A DNA stretch of 63,509 bases, the filler included, from Kipferlia bialata (Eukaryota), in the NCBI GenBank assembly GCA_003568945.1. It is 4 parts of 4 records of this genome, joined end to end, with 100 filler letters (N's around TTAATTAATTAA, not from the genome) between each part and the next. Parts side by side here need not be neighbours in the genome. Positions count along the whole stretch, not along the records: positions 45,017 to 63,509 come from BDIP01000475.1; 3 more parts are not named here. One strand, 5' to 3'. Positions 50,868-63,509 of the stretch are shown here, piece after piece (the stretch's first letter is position 1; every line of letters begins with the position of its first letter). Under the pieces are notes generated by a model. That model saw only the letters and a list, made by a program, of their open reading frames with translations. It was not told where the DNA came from and did no database searches. The position numbers and the translations under genes are program-made.

Positions 50868-52375
50868 TGGCTTAGATACCACTACCCTAGTGGTAATAGA
50901 TATGAAGTCTTAGAGTCTCTGCGATAGCGGTATCAAGCACTCTCAAGGATGAAGAGACACATCAATGGGTAGCTTGTATGCCATGTGCTACTATCACACA
51001 CAACACCATCTTTGGTCGATGCTCAGAGTTTTGAGTAGCATATTGCAACCATGTTTGAGAGAACCTGGCCACCATGTATATCAGAGGGGTCTTAGCGTAC
51101 TATTGATTTGAGGGTGTCATTCGTAAGTTCTGGTCCAGAATCTGTAATTGTCCAGAATCTGAACAACTTAATAACCATCAATTGAATAGATTCTATTCTG
51201 GCCGACAGCTGATACCATCAGATTACCATTACGAAACGCCTAACAGTAGCAAAACCCTGAACGCTTGGGTTATGTAAAACATAGTATGCTCAACATACAC
51301 TAAGATAGCCGTGAGCAGCTACTCTTCTTTCTTGTCCTTGTCCTTCTGACTGCCTTGGAAGTCCCACCTGTAGAAGGAAGGGTGGTTCTAAAGTGTCAGA
51401 ATACACTGATTAGACAATCGGTCACATACATCAACAGGAGGAATAGTCAGTATCATTCAATGCATATTCGCTGTGTCATACCACACTATATACTGTATAT
51501 GGGTAACAGGCAAGCTATGAGTCCTCATACTAGAGAATAGCGCTAAGCGATTAGGTCAACAGTGGACATTAAGAGTCGAAACTAGTATAGTTACGTGTAC
51601 CTTCTGTTGAATGGACCACTTCAGAAATGGAGAGTGGGTGTTGCATGTCGACACATGAGTGATGCTTGGAAGGGGCGGGAACCCATTCTCACCAAACTGA
51701 GAGTAAACACGATACTTTTGAAGGTTCAATGGATAACTGTATAGTGAACTTAGTACTGTGTCCTACCCTTTGTCCGGCGTGATATCTTGGTGGCTTTGCT
51801 ATTGACGAAGTATCTGACTCATCACGGTGATGAGTCTCATCACCCATGTATCGGGACATAAGTGTTACAGAATCGGTGGCTGTACAGAGTACGCTTTGAG
51901 TTCGTAAGAGATATTTGTATCCGTAGCTCCAGTATACCAGACCATCATATATACAGTTGAGGATTTCAAAGGAAGCATTGTTTTAGAGCGTTTGATAAGA
52001 CCGTAACTTACGGTCACCGTAAGACACCTGCAATAGTTGCGGTGAGATATAATATGATTGAAGTAACTCATTCAGAAATGAGCTACAGTAACTGTCTGAC
52101 CTAGACAGGTCAGTGTGAAGTATAACTCATAACGTAACAGTGGCTACTGCTTTGTCAATATCCGACAGATTGTTGCATACTTTTCCAGCAATAGATAGTT
52201 AGGAAGTGAACCCACTCAGCGACATGTTCTATCCTCTTCCCCATAGTCCCTCTTCAACCGAACAGACTCATTCACTCAAGAGAACATTCAATCTATCCCA
52301 ATAAGACTCTCATTGTCAATAAGAGTGACCGTATTCTATCCTGAATGTTGTGATTCTGGGGCCACTTAATAGTAC

Positions 52376-55343
52376 TCAACTCATACTCACACCCCCTAGC
52401 TCCTCGTAGCCAATGTCAAGCCCCAGCTCCCTGACCCTCTCTAGGTCGATGTGCAGGATGTAGTTGCCTCTGTCCCATCTGGTGTAGTCATCAGAGGGCC
52501 TAGGGTTAGATATTCGAATAGATGATAGTGATAGAGGGCCTAGGGTTAAGAGTCGATTAGATATGAGATGTACGTATACTCAGTGATACTGATACTGATA
52601 CTGATACTGGTATACCATACCTCACAATGTCCACTAGGTAAGACGTCTCTGTCAGCTGGCAGCAGTGCTTACACATGAAGTCCGTAGAGACTAGCTGCTG
52701 CCACTCCCCAGTCACTCTGTCAATCAGCGATAAGAAAAGGTGCTCTCTGCGGCCCTCTGGTGTTGTCCTCTTATCCGTGTGGGCAAACATGAGGGTGTAG
52801 TAGTTGCCGAAGGGTATAGGACCAGGGCCAGAGAGGGTGTATGTGTCCTGGGTACCACAGGGACAGGGTATGCCTACCCATCCACCCTCCATGGTGAACC
52901 TGGTATGGTGAGTATGTGATATATGCAACATATACTATATCCACTCTCTAAGTAAGGTATACTATTAAAAAGGCACAAGTATTATACTTTCTCATGAAAT
53001 ATACTTGTGACAAGTATATTTCATGATAGAGCTCATATACCATATATATGAGTCATATACGAACTCATATTAGAGTAATAATGTAATGGTAGTGGAAACT
53101 AACCTCTGGCATGGTGGAACCTCTCTCTTGCCAGTGAATACCCCAACATACACGAGAGCGTCTGCATCTAGGTAGACAAGAGGCGAGGGCACGGGGTCAA
53201 AGAGATCTCTGGGGGCTGATATTGGAGTCTAACAGAGAGTCTAACACAGAGTCTAATGTAGACTGATTCTTAGTAAGACTCTCTGTGCGGAAACTGACAA
53301 GATAATAGTATCACACCATGTCAAACATACTATGATAGTATGATACTATCTAATATATGTAATAGCTGATATTGACAAGTTCATAGTATGTATTGTACGC
53401 ACCTACAGGGAAGAGCGGACGTGATGGTAGCTGTGTCCACTGCTCAGTGTCAGTATCGAGTAGATACATGTCACCAGTGTAGCAGAGAGCTAGTACTTGG
53501 CCTTGGAACTTCATCAGTACCTACGTGTGAAGGCTATATACTGGATCTAGCAGAAATGTATGAGTCTCTCGACACATATATATATACAGTACATCATTAT
53601 GTATGTATACCTCGACGGGGGACTGTGGTCCATTATCTAGAGACACCTCAGTGCTGGTCTCTGAGGTTAGATCATTTATACCATGCAATACATGCTGTAC
53701 TATGTATACTGGGTTCCTACCTGTTGCCATGTCCCACTTGTCCATCTTCCGACCAGTATCCATACTATATATATGTATTCTCTATGTATAGTACAAACTT
53801 TATTCTGCCATTCCACCTGTTGCTATGTCCCACTTGTCCATGGTTACAGTGCCCACACAGTTGACTGGCTCTCCAATGGAGTACAGGGTGGAACCTGTTG
53901 TAAGCTATCAATGACCGATAGTCTATCGATCATTGAGCGGAGAATTGCGATGTATGATACTGTCACTGACTGCCTCTCCGATGGGGAAGAGGGTGGATCC
54001 TGGAGTGCCACCATAATTCATCCACTTATATATATATATAGGTGTGTTGTTTCTACACGTATCCCATAGAGCTATGATATAGTCTATATCATAGAGAGAT
54101 CCTCTGAAAGGATACACAATGTTGAGAGAGACACAATATAGTCATCAAATATATATGCAATACTGTGCATATATATATCATAGTCATAAACAATATGTAC
54201 CTGTCACTATGAATTGATATACTGCATACACTGTGTATACTCTACTTTCAGTCTCTATAGTAAGAATACTATATATCTGAAGTACTATATACTATGAGAT
54301 ATTAGCCTAATATCATATTTGGTACCTGTCACAATGAATTGGTGGGCCTTCTGCCAGGCACCGTATATGTTCTCCACACATCTTTCAATGGAATCACTGT
54401 CCTCCGTCTTAGGGAGGGGCGGGATCTCATGCATCTCAGGAGTGCCTGGTATCAGAGTTTCAGACTGAAACTTTCAGTCCACGAGTGTCAGATACATAAT
54501 GTGTATGCTTATGTGACAATTGTTATGTCAATGTGTTCTTAATGTATCAATAATTCATTAAGACAACTACTTCGATTTATCTACACACAGACACATACAC
54601 ATGCAAATACAATGTATATGTATTAGTATGTATATGCATTAGTATGTATATTATACATGCATACACTACACGTCAAGAAGAAATGAGAGATAGTATCACT
54701 CAAAGATATAGCCTATATCTCTGGTATTGGGAGATAGATATATAGATATGTACATGTCTGTCACAGATATTACTTGTCCTCTGAGTGTGTACTGACTCGA
54801 CAATGTCGAGTCGACATACAGTAACTACATGCCGTATATATGGAGAGAGAGACTGAATGTCAGAGACTTGTATATACCTTCTCCTGTGAGTGTGTACAAT
54901 TATATATACATATATGCATATATATATATAGCATGTGCACTAACACTAGGTACCTTTCACTATGAATTGATATAGTATCAGAGACTTGAATATACCTTCT
55001 TCTGTGAGTGTGTACAGTTCCTTCCCTACAGCCACCAGGTTAGGCCTGACATATCTCGCATACTTCACATCAAAGGGAATGTCAACCTGAGTGAGTTGGA
55101 GTCAAAGAAAGGGGGCAGGAGGGGGAAACATACAGTGAGTTGGATGAGATATAAAGGGGGGGGGGGGGAGGAGGGGGGGGGAGCAACATACAACGTGCAG
55201 TCTATATACACTGGTATATGAGTTCTCTCTCTCCATATCTATACCTCCTCCAGTCTCAGACACGACTTATCCTGCGCCTGTCCGTCTATGAGACTCTCGT
55301 ACAGACACACAACAGGCAGGCCTTCTGTGAATCTCCGAAACAT
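52376..55343 (-). CDS. Divergent kelch-like/beta-propeller protein (about 9 exons)
   Basis: ATG at 55343 (MFRRFTEGLPVV). Exons include LVAVGKELYTL, STLYSIGE, GDMYLLDTDTEQWTQLPSRP and LIDRVTGEWQQL. The C-terminal YILHIDLERVREL resembles IVVADIDLEALDEL of the 36278 gene. Confidence 0.65.
52992..53026. repeat. Perfect inverted repeat, 17-bp arms with a 1-nt loop, in an intron
   Basis: TCATGAAATATACTTGT-G-ACAAGTATATTTCATGA. Confidence 0.95.
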
Positions 55344-55859
55344 GAGTATAGAGAAGATAAGCCTTCAGTCGACTGCTCTCAGATACGGAGATTCGTAGAG
55401 TCGGATGTTTTTGGTCTCAAACCCTTTTCTCCCCTTTGTCTGTACACTTAGCAACCATGTTTTATACACAGGCCACCATGCGCATCAGCCATACTATAGT
55501 ATATCAATGGGTTGAAGATGTTTTTTTCAAGTAGAGCAAACTTTACTTAGTAAACCATCTATTTCTAGTGACCCATGATGCCATCAATGATTCAGTTCAA
55601 GAATAACAATTATTAACGACTGTCCTGTTGCTAGTTTGATTGTGTGTTCGGGGCTCTCTGAATGATCGAAAACTATCATAGTTATACTAAGTAAACTCGT
55701 CAAGTAAAGCTACTTTGATGTCACCCTCCTGCATTGATAGCATAATACACACATCTATTACACAACTGTACAGCCTTCATATGATTGGACCACCTATCCA
55801 ATATCTAAAGAATATATCACAAGGGATCAAAGAGCAGTATCCTCCCTCTCTCTCACTCC

Positions 55860-56076
55860 TTACTGCTCCTGGTTCTGCAGCTCTGCCTCCTGTACCACAG
55901 GCACCATCATGGGGGCCTAACATAAGCTTATACATACATACTAATATACCCATATATATATGTATATACTCATATGTATTTCAATCTCGTACAGTAGTGG
56001 AGGGTACCATCATAGGGGCCATGGGCATGGGGACTAGGACAGTCTGGGGCACAAGGACAACGGGTGAGGCAATCTG

Positions 56077-56115
<39 letters not shown>

Positions 56116-56270
56116 CAACGGGGGAGGCAATCTAAGCATTAGTATTTATACATATATATATAGAGTGGCACAAGGACAACGGGGGAGGCAATCTAAGCGT
56201 TAGTATTTATACATATATATGAATAGAGAGAGAGAATGGGGCACAAGGACAACGGGGGAGGCAATCTGGT

Positions 56271-56304
<34 letters not shown>

Positions 56305-59300
56305 GAGAGAGAACTATTATGGGGGACACGGACAACGGGGGAGGCTATCTGATTTCAGAGAGAGTGTGTGAGAGAGAGAGTACATTATCCTACCTGACCA
56401 GGGAGCATCTGCACTGGCTCTGGTGTTCCCTCTCCCTCTCCCTCAGAGTTGTCAGCAGCAGCCTCCATGTCAAGGCCTAGGCATCAGGTTTAGTATACGC
56501 ATACTACATACATGTAATTCATATTGACAAATATTATACTGACATAGATTCTATGTATACATATACATATAACACATCGACTTGTCAGCAGCCTCCATGT
56601 CCAGACCTGGGTGTCAGCACGGATATGTATATACACTGAATGATAACTAAATAGGTATACCTATCAGTATTAACGTCACAGTCTAGGCACACAATAATCA
56701 TAGAATCAGATATGTACTAAAAGAGACTATATATAGTATATACGATCACATACCGTCTACCCCCTCCTCCACAGCGTCAGGGACAGTGTCAATGGGGGAT
56801 GAACAGTCGACTACAGCACCGGGGGCATCCTCCTTAGACTGCTTGGGCTAGGGGTTAGGGTATGAATATCAATATATATATATAAGCTACTAATATATAT
56901 ATATGATTGATGACTGCTTGGGCTAGGGGTTAGTATATGTATATATGTAAGATACCTACCTCCGACACAGAGAAGCTTCATAACCATATATATGTCTCTA
57001 TTTATAAAAAAACTATAAAACTATCTATAATTATATAGCTATCTATATATACCTTGGTGATGTGCCTGTATCCAAAGTACACATATATTAGTATATACCT
57101 ATGTGAGGTGTATGTACTCATATATATATCTAGATATATATATATATTTATATATATAATGTGTATACCTTGGTGATGTGCCTGTATCCAAAGTAGCCTC
57201 CGACACCCAGGCCAAGGACCACAATGACAATGACAGCAATGAGGATGCCTGAGAGGTTAAGACACAAATGATACATAATTCACAACAACGAACAAAAAGT
57301 ACTTGAACACTCACCGTTTCCGCCCTCCCCTGGTGGGTTGGGGTTGACCTCGACCTCAACAGAGTCAGAGATGGCAAAGCTGGGGTTAGGAACCATATAC
57401 AATATATCATCTACTAATATATGCTCTTGACATACTCATTTACTCATATACAAAAACATATGTATGACCTCGACCTCAACAGAGTCGGAGATGGCAAAGC
57501 TGGGGTGAGGAACCAGTACCATCTGTACAACTATCCTATACATATACCTCATGTCTCCCTCGATGACTGTGTCTCACAATGTAATATATGGACCAACATA
57601 TCCATATATCTTCTACATTTAGTATCCATACCTTGTGTCTCCCTCGATGGCCACTGCGTATGTAGCTGGGCCGGCATCATCAAGGAACACACTAGGGGTA
57701 AGAGAGAGAATAGGGTATGCATTCTTATGAATAGAGAGATGACTATTGGGTGTTGGACCCGAAGCCTAACATATCTGATATGTCATATTGTGTCATATTA
57801 TGTTACATATCATACCTGGCGACCAGTGCTGAGCGTGCAGCGTCCCAGATGAAGGTACCCACGTTGGACCAGCCAGAGCCTGAGGGTATTAGTATCTATA
57901 CATTGTATCTATACACTATATATATATACATTGTATCTATATACTATATATATTATATATAAGTACTGCCAAAGGGTGATGGATGGAGGGGAAGAGAAAG
58001 AGAGAGAGAGGGAAGACTGATACGACGTCTCCCTCAGCCATTTTGAGGTATCGCGCTCTCTATCTCAGTATATTCAATTAATTACACACGTACCTGTAAC
58101 AGTGAGTGTGACGTCTCCCTCTGCCTTGATTGCATAGGTGGCAGAGTCAGTATATGTATACTAGTATATATATACATATGTATATATGTATACATACCAG
58201 TGACAGTAAGGGTCACATCTCCCTCTGCCTTGGTTGCATAGGTGGCAGAGTCGGTGGGCTCGCCAATGACATTGCCATAGATGTCTAGCAGGGTCATGAC
58301 AAAGTCATTGTACTCCTGAGGGTAAGGGCTACTGTATTGATAACACTGCATTGTAGTATACATTACTATATATTCACATATATACATATTGCCCTTGATG
58401 TCTAGAAGGTCCATGACAAAGTCATTGTACTCCTAACAGTTAGGGTATCATAACACTATACAAATATATGCATATAACACATAGACGCATGTAATATATA
58501 TTGGCAGGGTAGTAGAGAATTGATAGATGTCCAGAAGAGTCATCACAAAGTCATTGTATTCCTGAGGATAGGGGTCAATTAGGGACACTATAACAATAAC
58601 ACTATACATTGAAGTATGCATTATTATATGTATATAATAGAGAGAATGTATACAAGAGAGTATATATAGTGATTGTTATATACAACTCTACATATGTGTA
58701 TAGGACCATATATATCTGTCCTTCAATGTACACATGACACAGGAATTATGACACAATACACTACCTGTGCCAATGGGTTCTCTGGGATCGCTCTTAATGA
58801 AATATATGTCTACACATATATGTATATGTACATATACATCAATATATACACAAGTGGATACATATCTATATATACCTGAGCCACTGGGTTCTCTGGGGGT
58901 GTGACTGTGGTGTCACTATACTACTCTCTCTCTCTCTATACATGTATCCATCTCTCTCAATATATACACATATTTAGATTGTATACCTGAGCCACTGGGT
59001 TCTAAGTATGAAATTTATGTATACACCTATATGTATATGTATATATACTTGTATATATAAACATATATTGCATACCTGGGCAACTGGGTTCTCAGGTGGT
59101 GTTACTGTGGTGTCTGCGGCATCGGCAGCAGCAGTCTCAATGATGATAGAGCCTGTGGTATAAGAATGTGACTCATAAATATACAAGACCCATATATATG
59201 TGTATATTAATATATATATATATATATATATATTCAGTTGAGGCTGAGAGTTAGGCAAACACCAAACCACACACATGTATCCACATAGAAATATGCAATA

Positions 59301-60948
59301 CGTATACATAAGAATACGTATATAGAGGAATACCTGCGTTGGCGACGAACGGTGTGCTCTGGTTAGAGTACCCGACAGAAAGAGTGTAGACACCGGACTT
59401 GTACTGAAGGTAAGGTCTACCATACATACACTCTGACACATGATATATAAAATAGTAGAGAGGGCCTAAATGTAGGTATGTGTACTGATAGACGGGGTGT
59501 AGACGCCGGACTTGTACTGAAGGTTAGGCCTAACTAACTATATATATAGGCTAGTAATTCTCAGTCACACAAAGTAATATGAGAATAATAGGCCTAATGA
59601 GTCTTAGCGCCGAACAACTCATTTTATAAAAATAGAAGAATTATAGACGAAAATATTAAATACATATACATTGAACGTCTATACCTTAAGGGTGTTGCTT
59701 CCGATCACTGTGTAGAGGTCTGTCGAGCTGTTGAAGGAGGGTGTGATGGTCTCGGTGTAGGTGGCACTGGTGAAGGTGACCTGATATAAGAATACAATAC
59801 ATATATGGTGATACACACACACACACATACATATATGAGTATATATATAAGTATATATACAATAGTTGGCACTGGTGAAGGTGACCTGAGGGTAGTATAT
59901 GAATATATACATATATGTATATTTATAGAAGGAGTATAGAAGATGTACATGTATTCCCATAAGTCTAAGGTGGCACTGGTGAAGGTGACCTGCAGTAGGA
60001 TACACAACATATTCAATTCACATATATGAAGACATATATGCATGTACAATATATATCTCAAGGTTGGAGTTGAATAGACGTTGTAGGACACCAGGGCCAT
60101 AATACACAATACACAATACATGTATATGTATATATATGGGTGTGTGTATATGAATGTATGTGTATATTTGTACACAATAGATACCTCAAGGTTGGAGTTG
60201 AATGTCAAGAGCATCTCAGTGGCGTCGTAGAGACCCAGGGTGAAGGAGAAGCTGCGACCAGCCCTGACATAAGGGTGTAGAGAGAGAGAGAGAGAAGGAG
60301 AAGCTCCGACCAGCCCTGACAGTAAGGGTGTAGGGAGACAGATAGAGAGAGAAGGAGAAGCTGCGACCAGCCCTGACATAAGGGTGTAGGGAGGGAGGGA
60401 GAGAGAGAGGGAGAAGTAGAAGGTATAATGGGTGTAGAGAGAGAGAAGTGCAAGGTGTAGGGGTTATGTATATATGTGTGTAGAGAGAGAAAGCGTACGT
60501 GGGGTTGGTTGGGAACGAGATCTGCACGGTGTTGGCGGTGTCTCTAGCCGGTTGGATGTTGCCAATATACTCCCAGTCACCACTGTCGTACAGGCTGTCT
60601 GCGTCGGGTCCCACATGGAAGTACCTACGGTTAGGCAGATATTGTATATATTATATGTATTAGAGACATATATTATAAACATATCCATACATAATATTGA
60701 TCATGAATACTGTCGGGTCCGACATGGAAGTACCTGCGGTTAATCCCGGTTAATTATATACACAATATTCAATACTAAATATATACACAATATTCAATGC
60801 TAAACATTGTCATATATTGCAAATGTATGATCTAAGTGATGGACATATATGCCTTCTTAACAACTGCAACATACATCCCCTATAACTCCTAAACTAATAT
60901 ACTGACGTAGAAGTAGCTGCGGTTTGACGAATCTCGCTCTCTTGCTCG

Positions 60949-60984
<36 letters not shown>

Positions 60985-61761
60985 CCCTCCCTCTTTCTAT
61001 AATACTATATATATACATATATATGTATATACATACTCACACGAAGAAGGCGTCTGTTGAGGTCACGGGGACGCTGGCCTCGTATAAGGCTGATGGTTAG
61101 TAATAGTAATTAGTAATGACATGGGTGTAACTATGACTGAATTGACGTGATGGTTGCTAGTGTAAACTGACATCCAATGATGCCTGAATGGGGTAGGTCC
61201 TCTCTTGATATGTATACAGTACCGTATGTAAACAGTACACTCCCTATTAAGCATCCAGAAACCCATGTAAGGAATGAATACAACATCACATATACTTCAA
61301 TATTTACATGTATCGATTAATAGATGCACTCACTTGGGTCCTCAGTTGACTGTATAGCGGTGACCTTCTGCTCATTGGCAGTGCCTGGGGTGGGTAACAA
61401 GACATCTAGTTAGTATATATACATTAGCTAATCGAATATATATATCCTAATATAAACATATATATTATAGTGACCTTCTGCTCATTGGCAGTGCCTGGGG
61501 TGGGTAAGACATATATATATACAATAATATATATATATACTAATATAAATATATATGTATATATAGTAGTGACCTTCTGCTCCTCGGCAGTCCATAGAGT
61601 AAAGACAGTAATTAATGAAAACAATCAATAGTGTAGTATCGAACAGTACATTTGAATATATATACATATATCTATCTATGCCTACTATACATGCCTACGT
61701 GTGCCCAGGCCTGAATGACAACCGAGTGGGTCATATAGTTAAAGTACTCATCCTTCACCTG

Positions 61762-61801
<40 letters not shown>

Positions 61802-62033
61802 CAGATAGAGAGAGAGAGAGAGGCATACATGAGGTGGGTGAGGAGAAGACCAGGGGATGACGGAGAGGGAAAAGAGAGAGAGACACCACTATTGTTATAT
61901 ATAGTAAGAAATCTGCGGAAAAGAGAGGATTGCTAACACAATTGTTATGTGTATTGTGTTCATGATACTGATACTGATACTGACAAGTGTTATTGTGGCA
62001 CTGTAGTATCGTGTTGTGTGATATCTGTTCAAG

Positions 62034-62074
<41 letters not shown>

Positions 62075-62211
62075 TATATATATACATACACACACACACA
62101 CACACATATATATATGTATCATTGTGGCATATGAAAATATCATAATACACCAAAACATCAATATGTAGACAATTATATACATTATGATAGCAGCATTCAG
62201 TAGATTCATAC

Positions 62212-62254
<43 letters not shown>

Positions 62255-63228
62255 TAGACCCGTACCCTGGCACCAACGATGGTGTCCTCATTGGCGTACT
62301 TGTATGTCGCTGAGGTCGCCATGACAGGCGAAGTGGAGTTGATCACTGTTATTAATTATAATAACATATTATTAGTTATATATTATAATACATAATAATA
62401 CAGATAAATAATGTATGACAGGCGAAGTGGAGTAGATCACTGAGTGTTATAGTAAATAAAGAAAAAAATATATATGGACATTGAGAGAAAACTCAGGGCA
62501 CTAAGCTTATATATATATATATATATTATATATACCTGATGAACTGAGGGATGGTGTGACGTCGTCATCAGTCATGAAGAGGTCACCGTTAATGTGGATC
62601 TTGACTGAAGGTGAGTGTTACTTATAAGACTCATCTTATGACGAATACTACAAGTAATATAACGGATACAACAAGTAATATAACGAATACTACAAGTAAT
62701 ATATCGAATACTACAAGTAATGGGTATGTAGTCAATGTGGATCTAGACTGGATGTGAGGGCTATACACAAAACAACAGCATTAGTAATGAGAAACAGTAA
62801 TTACATGTTGTATAGTAGTAATAGTGGTGTAGCAATATAAGAAAATTGAATCAAACACTATAGTGAATAAACAAATATAAATACACAAATATATACTGTA
62901 CTAAAACACCTGTGGAGCGTATCGATCTGGGTGTGTAGACTAAATACACATATATATTCATATGATATATATATACCTGTTGCAGAGTGTACCGATCTGG
63001 GTGTGTAGACTAAATACACATATATTCATATGATATATAACTACCTGTCGTGGAGTGTACCGATCTGGGTGTGTAGACTAAATACATATATATATACACA
63101 TATATATACATACTTATACATAGTATAGTTTATAACACCTGTTGTGGAGGCTACCGATCTGGGTGTGTAGAGGGTGCAGTCCCACTGCTGTGTGGCAGAG
63201 TTGTAGGTGGCGGGGTAGGGGCTGCAAT

Positions 63229-63264
<36 letters not shown>

Positions 63265-63451
63265 CTTGTGGGAGCATTCAGGGGTTAATACAATATATAC
63301 TATATACACTATGTATATGAATATTCTACTTACGTTTCCACGTCTGTGACAAAGGATTCGTCGACCCATGTGAACGTGACGGTGTATGTGTCAGTGGAAT
63401 CAATGGTACCAGAGGCAGTCTTGAGGAGGAGGGACATGGTCACCTCAGTAT
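55860..63451 (-). CDS. Type I membrane/surface protein with Ig-like (filamin/invasin-type) beta repeats, one TM helix and a Pro/Met-rich tail; 5' end beyond the window
   Basis: About 21 phase-consistent exons. Thr/Ser/Val-rich beta strands with AGRSFSFTLGLYD, LLDIYGN and VKDEYFN motifs; TM segment ILIAVIVIVVLGLGVGGYFGY followed by RHITK (57169-57248); stop TAA at 55860-55862. Confidence 0.8.
62640..62722. repeat. 21-bp minisatellite, about 4 copies
   Basis: ACGAATACTACAAGTAATATA-like units. Confidence 0.8.
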
Positions 63452-63468
63452 CTGGGAATAAGGGTGTA

Positions 63469-63509
<41 letters not shown>

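Noticed and set aside
51300..52075. Exon-like pieces on the minus strand, or a mobile element, in a microsatellite-poor region
   Set aside because: I found no convincing continuous frame, transposase or RT motif, or terminal repeats.

Overview
Eukaryotic, extremely intron-rich DNA with short GC-rich exons in (AT)n/(CT)n-rich introns and a branch-point motif fused to the 3' splice site. The style fits a free-living fornicate such as Kipferlia bialata (inference, not a database match). The window is four unrelated contigs joined by artificial N-TTAATTAATTAA-N linkers (about 18.59, 30.96 and 44.97 kb). Genes I spliced by hand: a Dcr2/PAP-type metallophosphoesterase with a C-terminal TM helix, two large hypothetical proteins, a coiled-coil protein, WDR17, an Aquarius (AQR)-like spliceosomal helicase, a class I cyclic-nucleotide phosphodiesterase, three kelch-like propeller genes (two apparently disrupted), and an Ig/filamin-repeat type I membrane protein. 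The main discovery is that introns of most genes are filled with 'exon echoes': partial copies of the adjacent exon that keep one splice site and then break off into microsatellite. Many differ from the real exon almost only at synonymous positions, with AGY<->TCN serine switches and frame-preserving indels. They therefore look like exon ends that evolved under protein-level selection, although they cannot be spliced in as they stand. Coordinates of spliced genes are spans; exon boundaries were inferred from splice motifs and reading-frame continuity.
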